Assembly (NCBI GenBank): GCA_963802515.1
Contig: CAWDIX010000002.1
Coordinates: 566,857-630,856 of the forward strand
DNA: 64,000 nucleotides
From: an uncultured Verrucomicrobiae bacterium
Lineage (GTDB): Bacteria > Verrucomicrobiota > Verrucomicrobiia > Limisphaerales > UBA11358
Direction: 5' to 3'
Under the pieces are notes generated by a model. It saw only the letters and a program-made list of their open reading frames with translations, was not told the DNA's origin and searched no databases. Positions 26,611 to 36,113 of the stretch are shown in pieces; positions within the stretch are counted from its first letter, which is position 1; each line of letters opens with the position of its first letter. The translations under genes and the position numbers were made by a program.

Positions 26611-28483
26611 CTAATGGGCGGCTGGCACGGGTGAAATTTTTGGCGCAGTCACGGGTACGTCCGGTTCGTTTTGCGGTGTAAAATCCGTGTCGTGGCCGGG
26701 CACGCTGTATTCGTAAGGACCGCGCCAGATGTGCGGCGGCTCGGCAAAATTGCCATGCGGCGGCGGCGTGGGCGTCTGCCATTCAAGCGTGGTCGAGTGC
26801 CACGGATTCGTGCCGACCTTTTCGCCATGCTTGATGCTCCAGAATAAATTGAGGATGAACGGAATTTGCGCGATGCCCAACGCCACCGCCGCCCAGAGAA
26901 TCCAGGTGTGCAGTTCCATGATGGAACCGGGCAGCGTGTCAATCGCCCCCGGCACGCGCGCGGCGGAATAATTCGCGCCGCCATCAGCCATGCGCCGCAG
27001 CATGCCTTTCATGCCCTGCGCGAACATCGGCATGAAGACGAGATTCATGAACACGAACGAGCACCAGAAATGCACGCGGCCCCAGAACTCGTTCATCTTC
27101 CGCCCGGTCATTTTCGGAAACCAATAATAAATTCCGGCGAACAATCCAAAAATCGTGCCCGGCGCGACGACATAGTGGAAGTGCGCGATGACATAATAGG
27201 TGTCGTGCAGGTAAACGTCGCTCGCGTTGAACCCGAGCGGCAGACCGGTCAGCCCGCCGATGCCGAACATGGGCAGGAACGCCAGCGCAAAGAGCATCGG
27301 CGTGTTGAACCGGATCGAACCGCCCCACAACGAAATGAAGAGGCACGTCAGAATGATGACCGACGGTATCGAAATGATCATCGTCGTCGCCTGGAAGAAC
27401 GCGGAAATCTTCGTGCCCATGCCCGTCAGATACATGTGGTGCGCCCAGACGATGAACGACAGGAAACCGATCGCCAGCACCGAATAGACGAGCGATTTGT
27501 AACCCCAGATCGGTTTGCGCGTGTTGTTGGCGATGATTTCGCAGACGGTGCCCATCGCCGGCAGGATCAGGACATAGACTTCCGGGTGGCCGAGGAACCA
27601 GAACAAATGCTGCCACAACAACGGACTGCCGCCGCCGCTGATATGCGCCAGTTTGCCGCCCACCGCCAGACCCGTCGGCAGGAAGAAACTCGTGTGCGCC
27701 AGATTGTCCATCAACTGCATGATGCCGGCGGCTTCCAGCGGTGGAAACGCCAGCAACAGCAGGAACGCCGTCACAAATTGCGCCCAGACGAAAAACGGCA
27801 TCCGCATCCACGTCATGCCCGGGGCGCGCAGTTGGATGATGGTGGCGATGAAATTCACCGCACCGAGCAGTGACGACGTGATGAGCAGCACCATGCCGAT
27901 AATCCAGAACGCCTGCCCGTGCGTCGGAATTGTCGTGGCCAGCGGCGAATAGGAGGTCCAGCCCGCCTGCGCGGCGCCGCCCGGGAATGAAGAAACTCAC
28001 CAGCATGACGACGCCACCCAGAAAATATGCCTGATAACTTGCCATGTTGACGCGCGGAAACGCCATGTCCGGCGCGCCAATCATCAGCGGCACGACATAG
28101 TTGCCAAACGCGGCGAACGCCAGCGGCACGATCGCCAGAAAGACCATGATCGTCCCGTGCATCGCGCCGAAGGAATTATAAAGGTCGGGTGAAATCGCGC
28201 CTCCCGCAGCGACCTGGCCAAGCACTTTTTCGAGCAACGGGCCGATGAACGGCACCGGCTGCCCGGGATGCGCAATCTGCCAGCGCATCAGCAGCATCAG
28301 GAAAAATCCAAACAGCATGAAACACAGCGCCGTGAAGCCGTATTGAATGCCGATGATTTTGTGGTCGGTGGAAAAGACATAGCCGCGCCAGAAGCCGGGG
28401 TCGTGATGGGCATGTTCCGCATCGTGTCCGTGCTGCTCCCCAGGCTCACGGTACGGAGGAAATTGTTCAACCGTTGCGTCCAT
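26611..28483 (-). pseudogene. coxA: cytochrome c oxidase subunit I interrupted by a 1-nt frameshift near 27976-27990 (pseudogene or sequence error)
   Basis: Track ORF 26984..28483 carries the N-terminus up to ...MLVSFFIPG. The other frame continues GGAAQAGWTSYSPLATT...MVLLITSSLLGAVNFIATI... through to the stop at 26611. The two frames join in the run cccgggcggcgcc. Confidence 0.85.
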
Positions 28484-28571
28484 GTTATTTTGCTACAGCC
28501 ATGTGAACGGCAGTTTCGGAATCACTCATTGGGATTTCTCTGGTCATCCGGATTTGGGAATTCCTCATTTT

Positions 28572-29477
28572 CTATTTTACCTTGTCCCAAACCATCAACG
28601 ACAGCAACAACGGCAGATAAAGGATGGACGCCAAAAAGAGCAGCCGCGCGCGCCCCGGCGTGAGTTGCCGTGAAAATTGGATCGCACACCACAGATAACC
28701 CGCGCCCAACACCAACGCGCCGATGAGATAAACCGGCCCGGCCAGTTTGAAAACAAACGGCGACAGGCTGACCGCCAGCACCGCCAGCGTATGGCTCACG
28801 GCTTGTTCCCCGGTGCGGCGCCCGGCCGGTTCGACCACCGGCAGCATCTTGAAACCGGCGCGCGCGTATTCGTCCCGGTAAATCCACGCGATGGCCATGA
28901 AATGGGGAATTTGCCAGAACGCCACAATCGCGAACAATGCCCAACCTTCGACACTCAATTCACCGCGGGCCGCCGTCCAACCCATCAACGCCGGCAACGC
29001 GCCGGGCACCGCGCCAACGTTCGTGTTGAGCCACGTTACACGTTTCAGCGGTGTGTAGACGAACAAATAGCTGACCAACGTGACCGCGCCGATGACGCTG
29101 GTGAGCGGGTTCACCGCCAGCGCGAGATAAATCAGGCCAGCCGTCGCGCACGTGCCGCCAAAAAGCATTACCGTCGCGGGCTGCAAACGGCCCGACGGCA
29201 GGGGGCGGTCCTGCGTGCGGCGCATCTTCGCGTCGTATTCGCGCTCCAGCAACTGGTTCAACGCCGCCGCGCCGGAGGCCACGAGCGCCGTGGCGGCCAG
29301 CATGTGGAACATCAGGGTGAAATCCATCGCGCCGCGCCAGCCGAGGTAAAATCCGGCGAGCGTCGTCAGCAGCACCAAGGTGGTCAGCCGCGCCTTGACC
29401 AGATCGGCAACGACCGCCGTCCGGCTTTTTTCCGCGACCGGGGCCGCGCTTAAAATTCCAGCCGAGATTTCTTTCAT
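28572..29477 (-). CDS. ctaB: protoheme IX farnesyltransferase (heme O synthase)
   Basis: The ATG at 29477 gives MKEISAG...KARLTTLVLLTTLAGFYLG...DAKMRRTQDRPLPSGRL...WQIPHFMAIAW, the UbiA-family CyoE/CtaB pattern. Confidence 0.9.
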   Translation of the reverse strand: MKEISAGILSAAPVAEKSRTAVVADLVKARLTTLVLLTTLAGFYLGWRGAMDFTLMFHMLAATALVASGAAALNQLLEREYDAKMRRTQDRPLPSGRLQPATVMLFGGTCATAGLIYLALAVNPLTSVIGAVTLVSYLFVYTPLKRVTWLNTNVGAVPGALPALMGWTAARGELSVEGWALFAIVAFWQIPHFMAIAWIYRDEYARAGFKMLPVVEPAGRRTGEQAVSHTLAVLAVSLSPFVFKLAGPVYLIGALVLGAGYLWCAIQFSRQLTPGRARLLFLASILYLPLLLSLMVWDKVK

Positions 29478-29478
29478 T

Positions 29479-30582
29479 TCATTTGTTTGCGGCCAAAGCC
29501 GGTTGGACTCCGAATGCGCCGGGGATGGCGCCGGCAGGTTCAGTGCGGGACAGCGGTTCAAAACGATGGCAAGCCGCGGCACACCACAAGGCGCCAGTCA
29601 CGAGCGAAAGCGCCCCGACCAGCACATGCGCCGTCGCCACGTCGGCGGCCTTGTTCGACCAGATGGTCCACGCGCCAAGCGCAATTTGCCCTGCAATCAA
29701 CGCCAGCCAAAACACCGCCAGCCGTGTCAAAGGGTCCTTTTTACCAAGGCGCCGCCAGGCCCGCTGCGCACTCACGGCGACACCGATAAAAATGGCCACG
29801 GCGACCATCCGGTGCATCATTTGCAGAACGATTTGAAAGGCCGTAATCGGGTTTTCGGAAATGACCTCGATGCGGTCGGCGTTATAGCGCGCCACGGCAG
29901 CCGCGCTCGTGTCCGGCCAGATTTTTCCGTACGCCGCCGGAAAATCGGGAATCGCCAGGCCGGCGTGCTGGTGCCGCATCGTTGCGCCCAGAATCAGTTG
30001 CCCGAAAATCAAAATGGTGGTGAACAGAACGAGTCCGCGCAACAGAGTGCCGGCCTCCGGCACAGCGTGTTGGCCCGCCAAATTCTCTTCGCGCCGCGCC
30101 GGAGGCTGGCGCTCCATTTTATGCCACCAACGGCTGGTGAACAGGCCCAGGCCACAAATCAAAACAAAGAACAATTGCGCGAGCGCACCGTGAACGATGC
30201 CGAGTTTGTCCATGTCGAGCGTCACGCGCAGCCCTCCGAGCACACCCTGGAGCGCGACCAGCACAAACGCGAGCACGCCGAGCCAGCGCATCCAGCGGCG
30301 CGCATCCTTGCGCCAAAGCCAGACGGCGAGCACGGTTGTTAAAAGACCGATGCCGGAAGCGAGCAGACGATGGGTGTGTTCGTAAAAAATGCCGCCCACC
30401 CATTTTGAAACCGGAAACAGAAACATATTGTAACCGTAGGTGTTCGGCCAGTCGGGCACCGACATGCCGGCTTCGTGGCTGGTCACCATGCCGCCCGAGC
30501 CGAGCAGCAAAAACGTCGCGGCGGCGGTCACCACGATAAACCGGTGCAGCCACGAATTGTCATTTTGCGCATTGGCGTTCAT
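29479..30582 (-). CDS. ctaA: heme A synthase (COX15/CtaA family)
   Basis: The ATG at 30582 gives MNANAQ...GGMVTSHEAGMSVPDWPNTYGYNMF...EHTHRLLAS...MMHRMVAVAI. The protein is polytopic. Confidence 0.85.
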   Translation of the reverse strand: MNANAQNDNSWLHRFIVVTAAATFLLLGSGGMVTSHEAGMSVPDWPNTYGYNMFLFPVSKWVGGIFYEHTHRLLASGIGLLTTVLAVWLWRKDARRWMRWLGVLAFVLVALQGVLGGLRVTLDMDKLGIVHGALAQLFFVLICGLGLFTSRWWHKMERQPPARREENLAGQHAVPEAGTLLRGLVLFTTILIFGQLILGATMRHQHAGLAIPDFPAAYGKIWPDTSAAAVARYNADRIEVISENPITAFQIVLQMMHRMVAVAIFIGVAVSAQRAWRRLGKKDPLTRLAVFWLALIAGQIALGAWTIWSNKAADVATAHVLVGALSLVTGALWCAAACHRFEPLSRTEPAGAIPGAFGVQPALAANK

Positions 30583-30644
30583 ATTAAATATTCCGCAGCG
30601 TCGAGCCGGCGGCTCGATGTCGGCGCACAACCCCGGCGCTGCAA

Positions 30645-31355
30645 TTATTTGACTTCAAACGTGAAATTCACGGTCACGTCGCTGTCCTTGACCTCCACGT
30701 CCTGCGTCTGTGGGCCGAGTTTGCGGTGGTCGGCTTCCACGGTGTATTTGCCCGGCGGGACGTTTTTGATGATGAATTTGCCGTCGGCGCCGCTCACGCA
30801 ATAGTAAGGACTGTCAATGACACTCACCCACGCGAACATCCACGGATGGACGTCGCATTTGAATCTCAAAAACATCTCCGGTTTCGGAAACGAGTAGGTC
30901 AAATCCGCGCCGCCAGGCATCTGGGCGTCGTTGTGCTCATCATTGCCGGCCACGGTGGGCGTGCAATGGACGTTGTGAATGCAGTTGTCGGAATTTTTGA
31001 CGACCAGCTTCTGTCCCGTCTGGATTGCCATGATTTGGGGTTCATACAAGCAGCCCTTCTGGTCGAGCACGGCGGGAGGCGCGCTCGCGCCGGTGGATTT
31101 GCCGGTGACGCCCTTCAATGATACCACCACGTCGGCCAGTTCGCCCTTCGGCCCGACGACGTAGAAATGCGTCGTGGGCGTCGTCTTGTGCATCGCCGCA
31201 CAATCCGGATTGTCCATGAGAGGCGTGATGGGGATTTCCGGCGGTGGCGTGCCTTTGAGAGTGACAGTGCCGATGATGTCCGCCGCGCGCGCGGCCGGCG
31301 CGAGGGCCAACAGCGCGATCAACAGCAGAACCCGAGAAGCGTTTACGTTTTTCAT
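30645..31355 (-). CDS. secreted cupredoxin-like copper protein with C-terminal carboxypeptidase-regulatory-like domain
   Basis: Signal peptide: MKNVNASRVLLLIALLALAPAARA. Candidate type-1 Cu ligands: HNVH ... KCDVHPWM. C-terminal: GKFIIKNVPPGKYTVEA. Confidence 0.7.
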   Translation of the reverse strand: MKNVNASRVLLLIALLALAPAARAADIIGTVTLKGTPPPEIPITPLMDNPDCAAMHKTTPTTHFYVVGPKGELADVVVSLKGVTGKSTGASAPPAVLDQKGCLYEPQIMAIQTGQKLVVKNSDNCIHNVHCTPTVAGNDEHNDAQMPGGADLTYSFPKPEMFLRFKCDVHPWMFAWVSVIDSPYYCVSGADGKFIIKNVPPGKYTVEADHRKLGPQTQDVEVKDSDVTVNFTFEVK

Positions 31356-31601
31356 TTTTCGTGAATTCAACAAAGCGGATGCAGTTTATCATCCACACTA
31401 ATCTACGGCAAGCCCGTTGTGAAAAATTTCACAAGCGCTCATTGTCTTCCTCTTTTGTTTGACGGCGGCTAATCGCCGGCGTTCAAATCAGCCCACTTGC
31501 GGGTCCAGCTCGCGAAGGGGAAAAGCCGCCATTCTCCTCCCCTTTCATACGTTGATGGCGAATTTCAGACTGAAGGAACGGGGCGCAGGATTGTGAATCC
31601 C

Positions 31602-31820
31602 TCAAGACTTTCGCATCACCCGGAAGACAGTAATGCCGGCAAAAAGTCCGACCTGGCCGAGCAAGGTCCCGAGCAAACCCCAGTGAAAATAGAACAAGGT
31701 CGCCAGGGAAATCACGAGGGACAAGCCGCACCAGAGCAGGCGGGATTCGTTCTCGATTTCCGCCGCGCGGAAATAGAAGGCCGCGAACAGGGCCATCAGC
31801 AATATTGAAAGATAGGGCAT
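31602..31820 (-). CDS. small two-TM membrane protein (hypothetical)
   Basis: The ATG at 31820 gives MPYLSILLMALFAAFYF...LSLVISLATLFYF...VGLFAGITVF. There is no homology evidence. Confidence 0.4.
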   Translation of the reverse strand: MPYLSILLMALFAAFYFRAAEIENESRLLWCGLSLVISLATLFYFHWGLLGTLLGQVGLFAGITVFRVMRKS

Positions 31821-31830
31821 CGCCCGGGGT

Positions 31831-32334
31831 TCACGCCGCGTTCCCCCCATCCAGTTTTTTCATCACCCGCGCCATCGCCAGCGCGGCCTGCGCCGCCTCG
31901 GTGCCGCGGTTGTGCCTGGGATTCAGGCAGCGAACGCGCGCCTGCTCTTCGTTTTCCAGCAGCAGCACTTCGTGAATGATGGGGATTTCGTGCGCGAGCT
32001 GGATTTCCGTGAGCGCGCGGCTCACGGCCTCGCCGATGTGCGCGGCGTGGACCGTCTCACCGCGCAGGATCACGCCCAGACAGATAATGGCTGAAAGTCG
32101 GGATGCGAGATCCGTGCTGCGGGCTGCATTTTTCGCGAGCCGGGCGGCGACCACGGGAATTTCATACGCGCCCGGCACGCGGACGATCTGGATTCTGGAA
32201 ACGTCGGCGCGCCACAACTCCGCCTTGGCCGCGCGTAACATCGAGTCCACGTAATGAGCGTTGTAGCGCGACGCGACGATGGCAAATGAGCCATTGCCCG
32301 TCCCCGTTTTCTGTTCTGGATTTTTGCGCAACAT
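31831..32334 (-). CDS. ribH: 6,7-dimethyl-8-ribityllumazine synthase
   Basis: FAIVASRYNAHYVDSMLRAAKAEL...IVRVPGAYEIPVVAARLA...ICLGVILRGETVHAAHI...RHNRGTEAAQAAL. Confidence 0.9.
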   Translation of the reverse strand: MLRKNPEQKTGTGNGSFAIVASRYNAHYVDSMLRAAKAELWRADVSRIQIVRVPGAYEIPVVAARLAKNAARSTDLASRLSAIICLGVILRGETVHAAHIGEAVSRALTEIQLAHEIPIIHEVLLLENEEQARVRCLNPRHNRGTEAAQAALAMARVMKKLDGGNAA

Positions 32335-32452
32335 GGCTTTCTCAGCCGCAGATTATCAGAATGACCCGGAATTTTCCAAGTCAATCCGCCTGCCGGTTGT
32401 GGCCGGATTCGAACGGTGGGGCGCGGTTGAATGTGAAACCTGGGACCGCGAG

Positions 32453-33733
32453 TTATTTTTTGGAACCGTCCACCGGATGCCATTTGCCGTCGTAAGTGGC
32501 GACCACGACGATATCATCGCCCATGGCGGCATGCTGCCCATCTGCCGCGGGCGGTGAAATCCTGGGGGACAGTTGTTCCGGCGGCGCAGGTTTGGAAACC
32601 GTCGCAGTCCTCGCGGGAGCCGGATGGGGCGCGGTCATCAAAACAGTTTCTTCGTCGCTGGCGCGCGCGGCCTCCATCAACAGGTTTTCCCAGCCGGTTT
32701 GCACCGTGCGCCGCGTAGGCGCCTGAAACTGTTTCACCTGAAATTCGCCGCCTTTGAGCGACAGCAGGCGGTAAACCGCCGGTTCGCCGGTGAGCGTCCC
32801 GACGGCGGCATGGGTGATGGCTCCGGACTCAATGTAAAGCTGGCCCTGCGTCTGTGCATCGCGGATTTCCAGGATTGAAGAATGGCGCCCGATGCATTCC
32901 ATCTGGATGACCTCCTGCAAGCCGACCTGCCGCAACGCGCCGCTGAAACCCTCGCCGGGTCCCCACGACACCAGATCATTCAGCAGGTTGAAAACCACCT
33001 TGATGCCGTCGGCGGAAACGGGTTTCTCGATGAACAGTTCCGCGCCGCTGGATAGGCAGGCCGCACGGTTGCTTTCCGTGGCGCGACCGGTCATCACCGC
33101 CACTTTGACGCCCGGATAACGCCGGACGATGATGCCGAGCAACTGGATGCCGTCCACCATGGGAATTCCGATGTCCAGCACGACAAGATCCATCGGCGCT
33201 TCCTGCAGGACGGCCAGCGCCCGGTCCGCGGTCGTGGCGGAATAAATTTTCCACGTCTGGTTGGACAAAACGGAACACAACTCGCCGAACGTCTCCAGCA
33301 GCGCCATGCTGTCGTCCACGAACAACACACGATGTTTTATGGCTGCTTCGGCGGCAGCGGCCGGCGGACCGGCTGGCGGCGCGGCCGCCGATACGGATTT
33401 GGGCGATGCGCCTGAAATGAGCATTTTGGTGACTGACGGTGCGCCCGGCGAAGCTTCAAAACGCAATTCCACTTCACCTACGAGCAGCGTCTCACCGGTT
33501 TTCAGGACGGCCTCGGTGATTTTCTTTGTCCCGACAAATGTGCCGTTGGTGGAAAGCAGGTCGCGCACGACCAGTTCTCCGTCCTTCAACCGCACCTCGC
33601 AGTGCCGGGCGGAAATCGAGGATTCGACAATCTGGAAGGTGTTGCTGTCCGCACGCCCGATCGTCGTCCAGGCCCCATCCAATTCGTGGGACAGCCCGGT
33701 CAACCCCTTGTTAATGACGACGAGTTTAGCCAT
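32453..33733 (-). CDS. FHA domain - receiver domain - DUF4388-like protein
   Basis: FHA: TIGRADSNTFQIVESSISARHCEV...LLSTNGTFV. REC: RVLFVDDS...DLVVLDIGIPMVDGIQLL. C-terminal: FSGALRQVGLQEVIQMECIG. Confidence 0.8.
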   Translation of the reverse strand: MAKLVVINKGLTGLSHELDGAWTTIGRADSNTFQIVESSISARHCEVRLKDGELVVRDLLSTNGTFVGTKKITEAVLKTGETLLVGEVELRFEASPGAPSVTKMLISGASPKSVSAAAPPAGPPAAAAEAAIKHRVLFVDDSMALLETFGELCSVLSNQTWKIYSATTADRALAVLQEAPMDLVVLDIGIPMVDGIQLLGIIVRRYPGVKVAVMTGRATESNRAACLSSGAELFIEKPVSADGIKVVFNLLNDLVSWGPGEGFSGALRQVGLQEVIQMECIGRHSSILEIRDAQTQGQLYIESGAITHAAVGTLTGEPAVYRLLSLKGGEFQVKQFQAPTRRTVQTGWENLLMEAARASDEETVLMTAPHPAPARTATVSKPAPPEQLSPRISPPAADGQHAAMGDDIVVVATYDGKWHPVDGSKK

Positions 33734-33917
33734 GTGATTAATGCTTCGCAGTCTGAATCAACCGCCACGCACGGGCAAATAAAAAGTCAGTGATTGGGAG
33801 GGTTGCCTTGTCGGCGGCCTAAACTCTCCAGGGACGACGACACGCGGTCTTTCCCAAAAATTAACGTGTCGTGCCGCGGGCGCGGGCCGCTTTGATGGTT
33901 TTGAGGATTGGAAAATT

Positions 33918-34193
33918 TCAGCGTTTGCCGCGCAAATAGTTTTGCACCTCGTCGTGGCCGCCGGCGAAGTCAAAGGACAAAACGCCTTTCTCCGCGGCAA
34001 AAATCAGCCGCCAATCCAGATTCGTGCGGCATTCGTAAAGGTGCCTGCCAAGTTTTCGGATCGAAAGCCCCGTGTGCAGATGGGGATTTCCAAAACCCTC
34101 GACCACCCGCTGGAGGGTGGCGGAAACTTCGGCTTCGCGTCCGGCTTCCCGTACAATTTTTTTGAACCGCTTGGACAGTTCAACGGAAATCAT
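33918..34193 (-). CDS. RelE/ParE-superfamily type II toxin
   Basis: 91 aa: GNPHLHTGLSIRKLGRHLYECRTNLDWRLIFAAE...FAGGHDEV. It overlaps the upstream antitoxin-like gene by 14 nt. Confidence 0.7.
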   Translation of the reverse strand: MISVELSKRFKKIVREAGREAEVSATLQRVVEGFGNPHLHTGLSIRKLGRHLYECRTNLDWRLIFAAEKGVLSFDFAGGHDEVQNYLRGKR

Positions 34194-34452
34194 CCGCGCC
34201 TCCGGTGAACCGCGTCATTTCTCCGCCCTTCCGCGCCGCTTTGATTTCCGACCTGATGCGCTTTTCGGCCCTGGCCATCTCTGCCGGCGGCAGGCCGTAC
34301 TCTTGCAGCGCATAATCGGCGGACGTTACTTCCACCGGACGCAGCGCGACGATTTTGCCTTCAAAAACAAAACCAACGTCCTCGCCTTCGGTCGCCTTCT
34401 TGAGCCAATAACCCAGTCGTCCGCGGCCTTGCGTGATAGTCAGAGTCTTCAT
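34180..34452 (-). CDS. Phd/YefM-like antitoxin (tentative)
   Basis: The ATG at 34452 gives MKTLTITQGRGRLGYWLKKATEGEDVGFVFEGKIVALRPV. It is small, has a charged C-terminus, and its position and overlap are typical of a TA pair. Confidence 0.6.
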   Translation of the reverse strand: MKTLTITQGRGRLGYWLKKATEGEDVGFVFEGKIVALRPVEVTSADYALQEYGLPPAEMARAEKRIRSEIKAARKGGEMTRFTGGADDFR

Positions 34453-34612
34453 ACGCTCATTATACGCCACGCGCCTCTGACTTCAAGAAAATTGTTGCCG
34501 CGCCGGTTTTCAGGGACGGCGACACGCCGTCCCTCCCGAAAGACAATGGGCCGCGACGATAGCCAATGCGTAATGGCGCAGATTTCAAAAACAAAATCCG
34601 CGCAATCCGCGG

Positions 34613-35812
34613 TTAAAGCAAATGCCCCATCTTCTGCCGCTTGGTTTTCAAATACCGTTCGTTGTGCGGATTGGGTTTCACACGAATCGGCACCTGCTCG
34701 ACAATCTTCAATCCGTAACCCTCCAGTCCAACGACTTTTTTCGGATTGTTCGTCAGCAGCCGGATGGTTTTCAGGCCGAGGTCCACGAGGATTTGCGCCC
34801 CGAGTCCGTATTCGCGCAAATCCATTTCGTAACCCAGTTTCTGGTTCGCCTCGACGGTGTCGTAGCCCTGCTCCTGCAATTTGTAGGCCTTGATCTTTGC
34901 CGGCAGGCCGATGCCCCTGCCCTCCTGCCGCATATAAACAATCACACCGCGGCCGGCCTCGGCAATCTGCCGCATGGCCTGATGCAGTTGCGGGCCGCAA
35001 TCGCAGCGGCGCGAGCCGAACACGTCGCCGGTCAGACATTCGCTGTGGACCCGCACGAGGATTTTATCGCGTCCAGCCACGTCACCGTGAACCAGCGCCA
35101 GATGATGCTGCCCGTCCGGCCGCGAATGATACATAACCAGGTCAAAATCTCCGTAATCCGTCGGCAGGTTCACGGTCTCAACGCGCTCGACCAGTTTTTC
35201 ACGCGTGCGCCGGTATTCGATCAAGTCGGCGATGGTGCAGATTTTCAGGCGATGTTTCCGTCCGAATTTTCGCAATTCCGGCAGGCGCGCCATCGAGCCG
35301 TCGTCGTTCATGATTTCGCAAAGCACGCCGATGGGGCGCCGCCCGGCGAGTTGCGAGAGGTCCACCGCCGCTTCGGTGTGACCGGCGCGCTGCAGCACGC
35401 CGCCGGGACGCGCGCGCAATGGAAAAACGTGGCCGGGTTGGACCAGGTCCTCGGGCACGGCGGTGGGGGACGCCATGATTTGAATGGTTTTGGCGCGGTC
35501 GGCGGCGCTGATGCCGGTGGTGATGCCGCGGGCGGCGTCCACGCTCACCTGAAAATCGGTGCGAAAACTCTCGCGGTTCTGGTGCACCATGCGATCAATG
35601 CCGAGTTGTTGCAGCCGCCCGGCGGTCGCCGGCACGCAAATCAGTCCGCGCCCGAACCGGGCCATGAAATTGACGGCGGCGGGTGTGATGTGCTGGCCCG
35701 CCATGATGAGGTCGCCCTCGTTCTCGCGGTCTTCATCGTCCACGACAATGACCATTTTTCCCAGGCGGATGTCCCCGATGACGGATTCGATGCTGTCAAA
35801 AGCTTTTTTCAT
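34613..35812 (-). CDS. ribBA: bifunctional 3,4-dihydroxy-2-butanone-4-phosphate synthase / GTP cyclohydrolase II
   Basis: The ATG at 35812 gives MKKAFDSIESVIGDIRLGKMVIVVDDEDRENEGDL...GHTEAAVDL...VRVHSECLTGDVFGSRRCDCGPQL...YMRQEGRGIGL. Confidence 0.93.
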   Translation of the reverse strand: MKKAFDSIESVIGDIRLGKMVIVVDDEDRENEGDLIMAGQHITPAAVNFMARFGRGLICVPATAGRLQQLGIDRMVHQNRESFRTDFQVSVDAARGITTGISAADRAKTIQIMASPTAVPEDLVQPGHVFPLRARPGGVLQRAGHTEAAVDLSQLAGRRPIGVLCEIMNDDGSMARLPELRKFGRKHRLKICTIADLIEYRRTREKLVERVETVNLPTDYGDFDLVMYHSRPDGQHHLALVHGDVAGRDKILVRVHSECLTGDVFGSRRCDCGPQLHQAMRQIAEAGRGVIVYMRQEGRGIGLPAKIKAYKLQEQGYDTVEANQKLGYEMDLREYGLGAQILVDLGLKTIRLLTNNPKKVVGLEGYGLKIVEQVPIRVKPNPHNERYLKTKRQKMGHLL

Positions 35813-36113
35813 TCGGCGAATACAGCGTAATCGCCCCATGCGCAAACGCCAGCCGATTCGGGCAGTGTCCCGATTCGACAGTCGTAGTGCCGGCGCTGTG
35901 CGCTGATTTCGGGCCACAGGCTCGACGCTACAGTAAATTCGGACCGTACCCCGATTCGGCAGCGGTATGGCTGGAGCGGGCGCGGAGCTGTGTTCCAAAT
36001 CCAAAAAACCGCAAATTCAATCCACTTTTTTGTTGGTCGCGGCGGGCTATCGGTTTAATATCGGCGCGTTCATTCATTCAAGTTGCCGAAGGCAGGGGAA
36101 AATTGGTTTTGAT

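Noticed and set aside
24130-30342. Plus-strand ORFs across the oxidase locus (24130..25104, 25315..25848, 25885..26634, 26866..27873, 28677..29453, 29380..30342).
   Set aside because: All are antisense to well-supported oxidase and heme A genes. Their translations are Arg/His/Gly-rich with no motifs.
34622-35830. 402-aa plus-strand ORF.
   Set aside because: It is antisense to ribBA, which is unambiguous on the minus strand.
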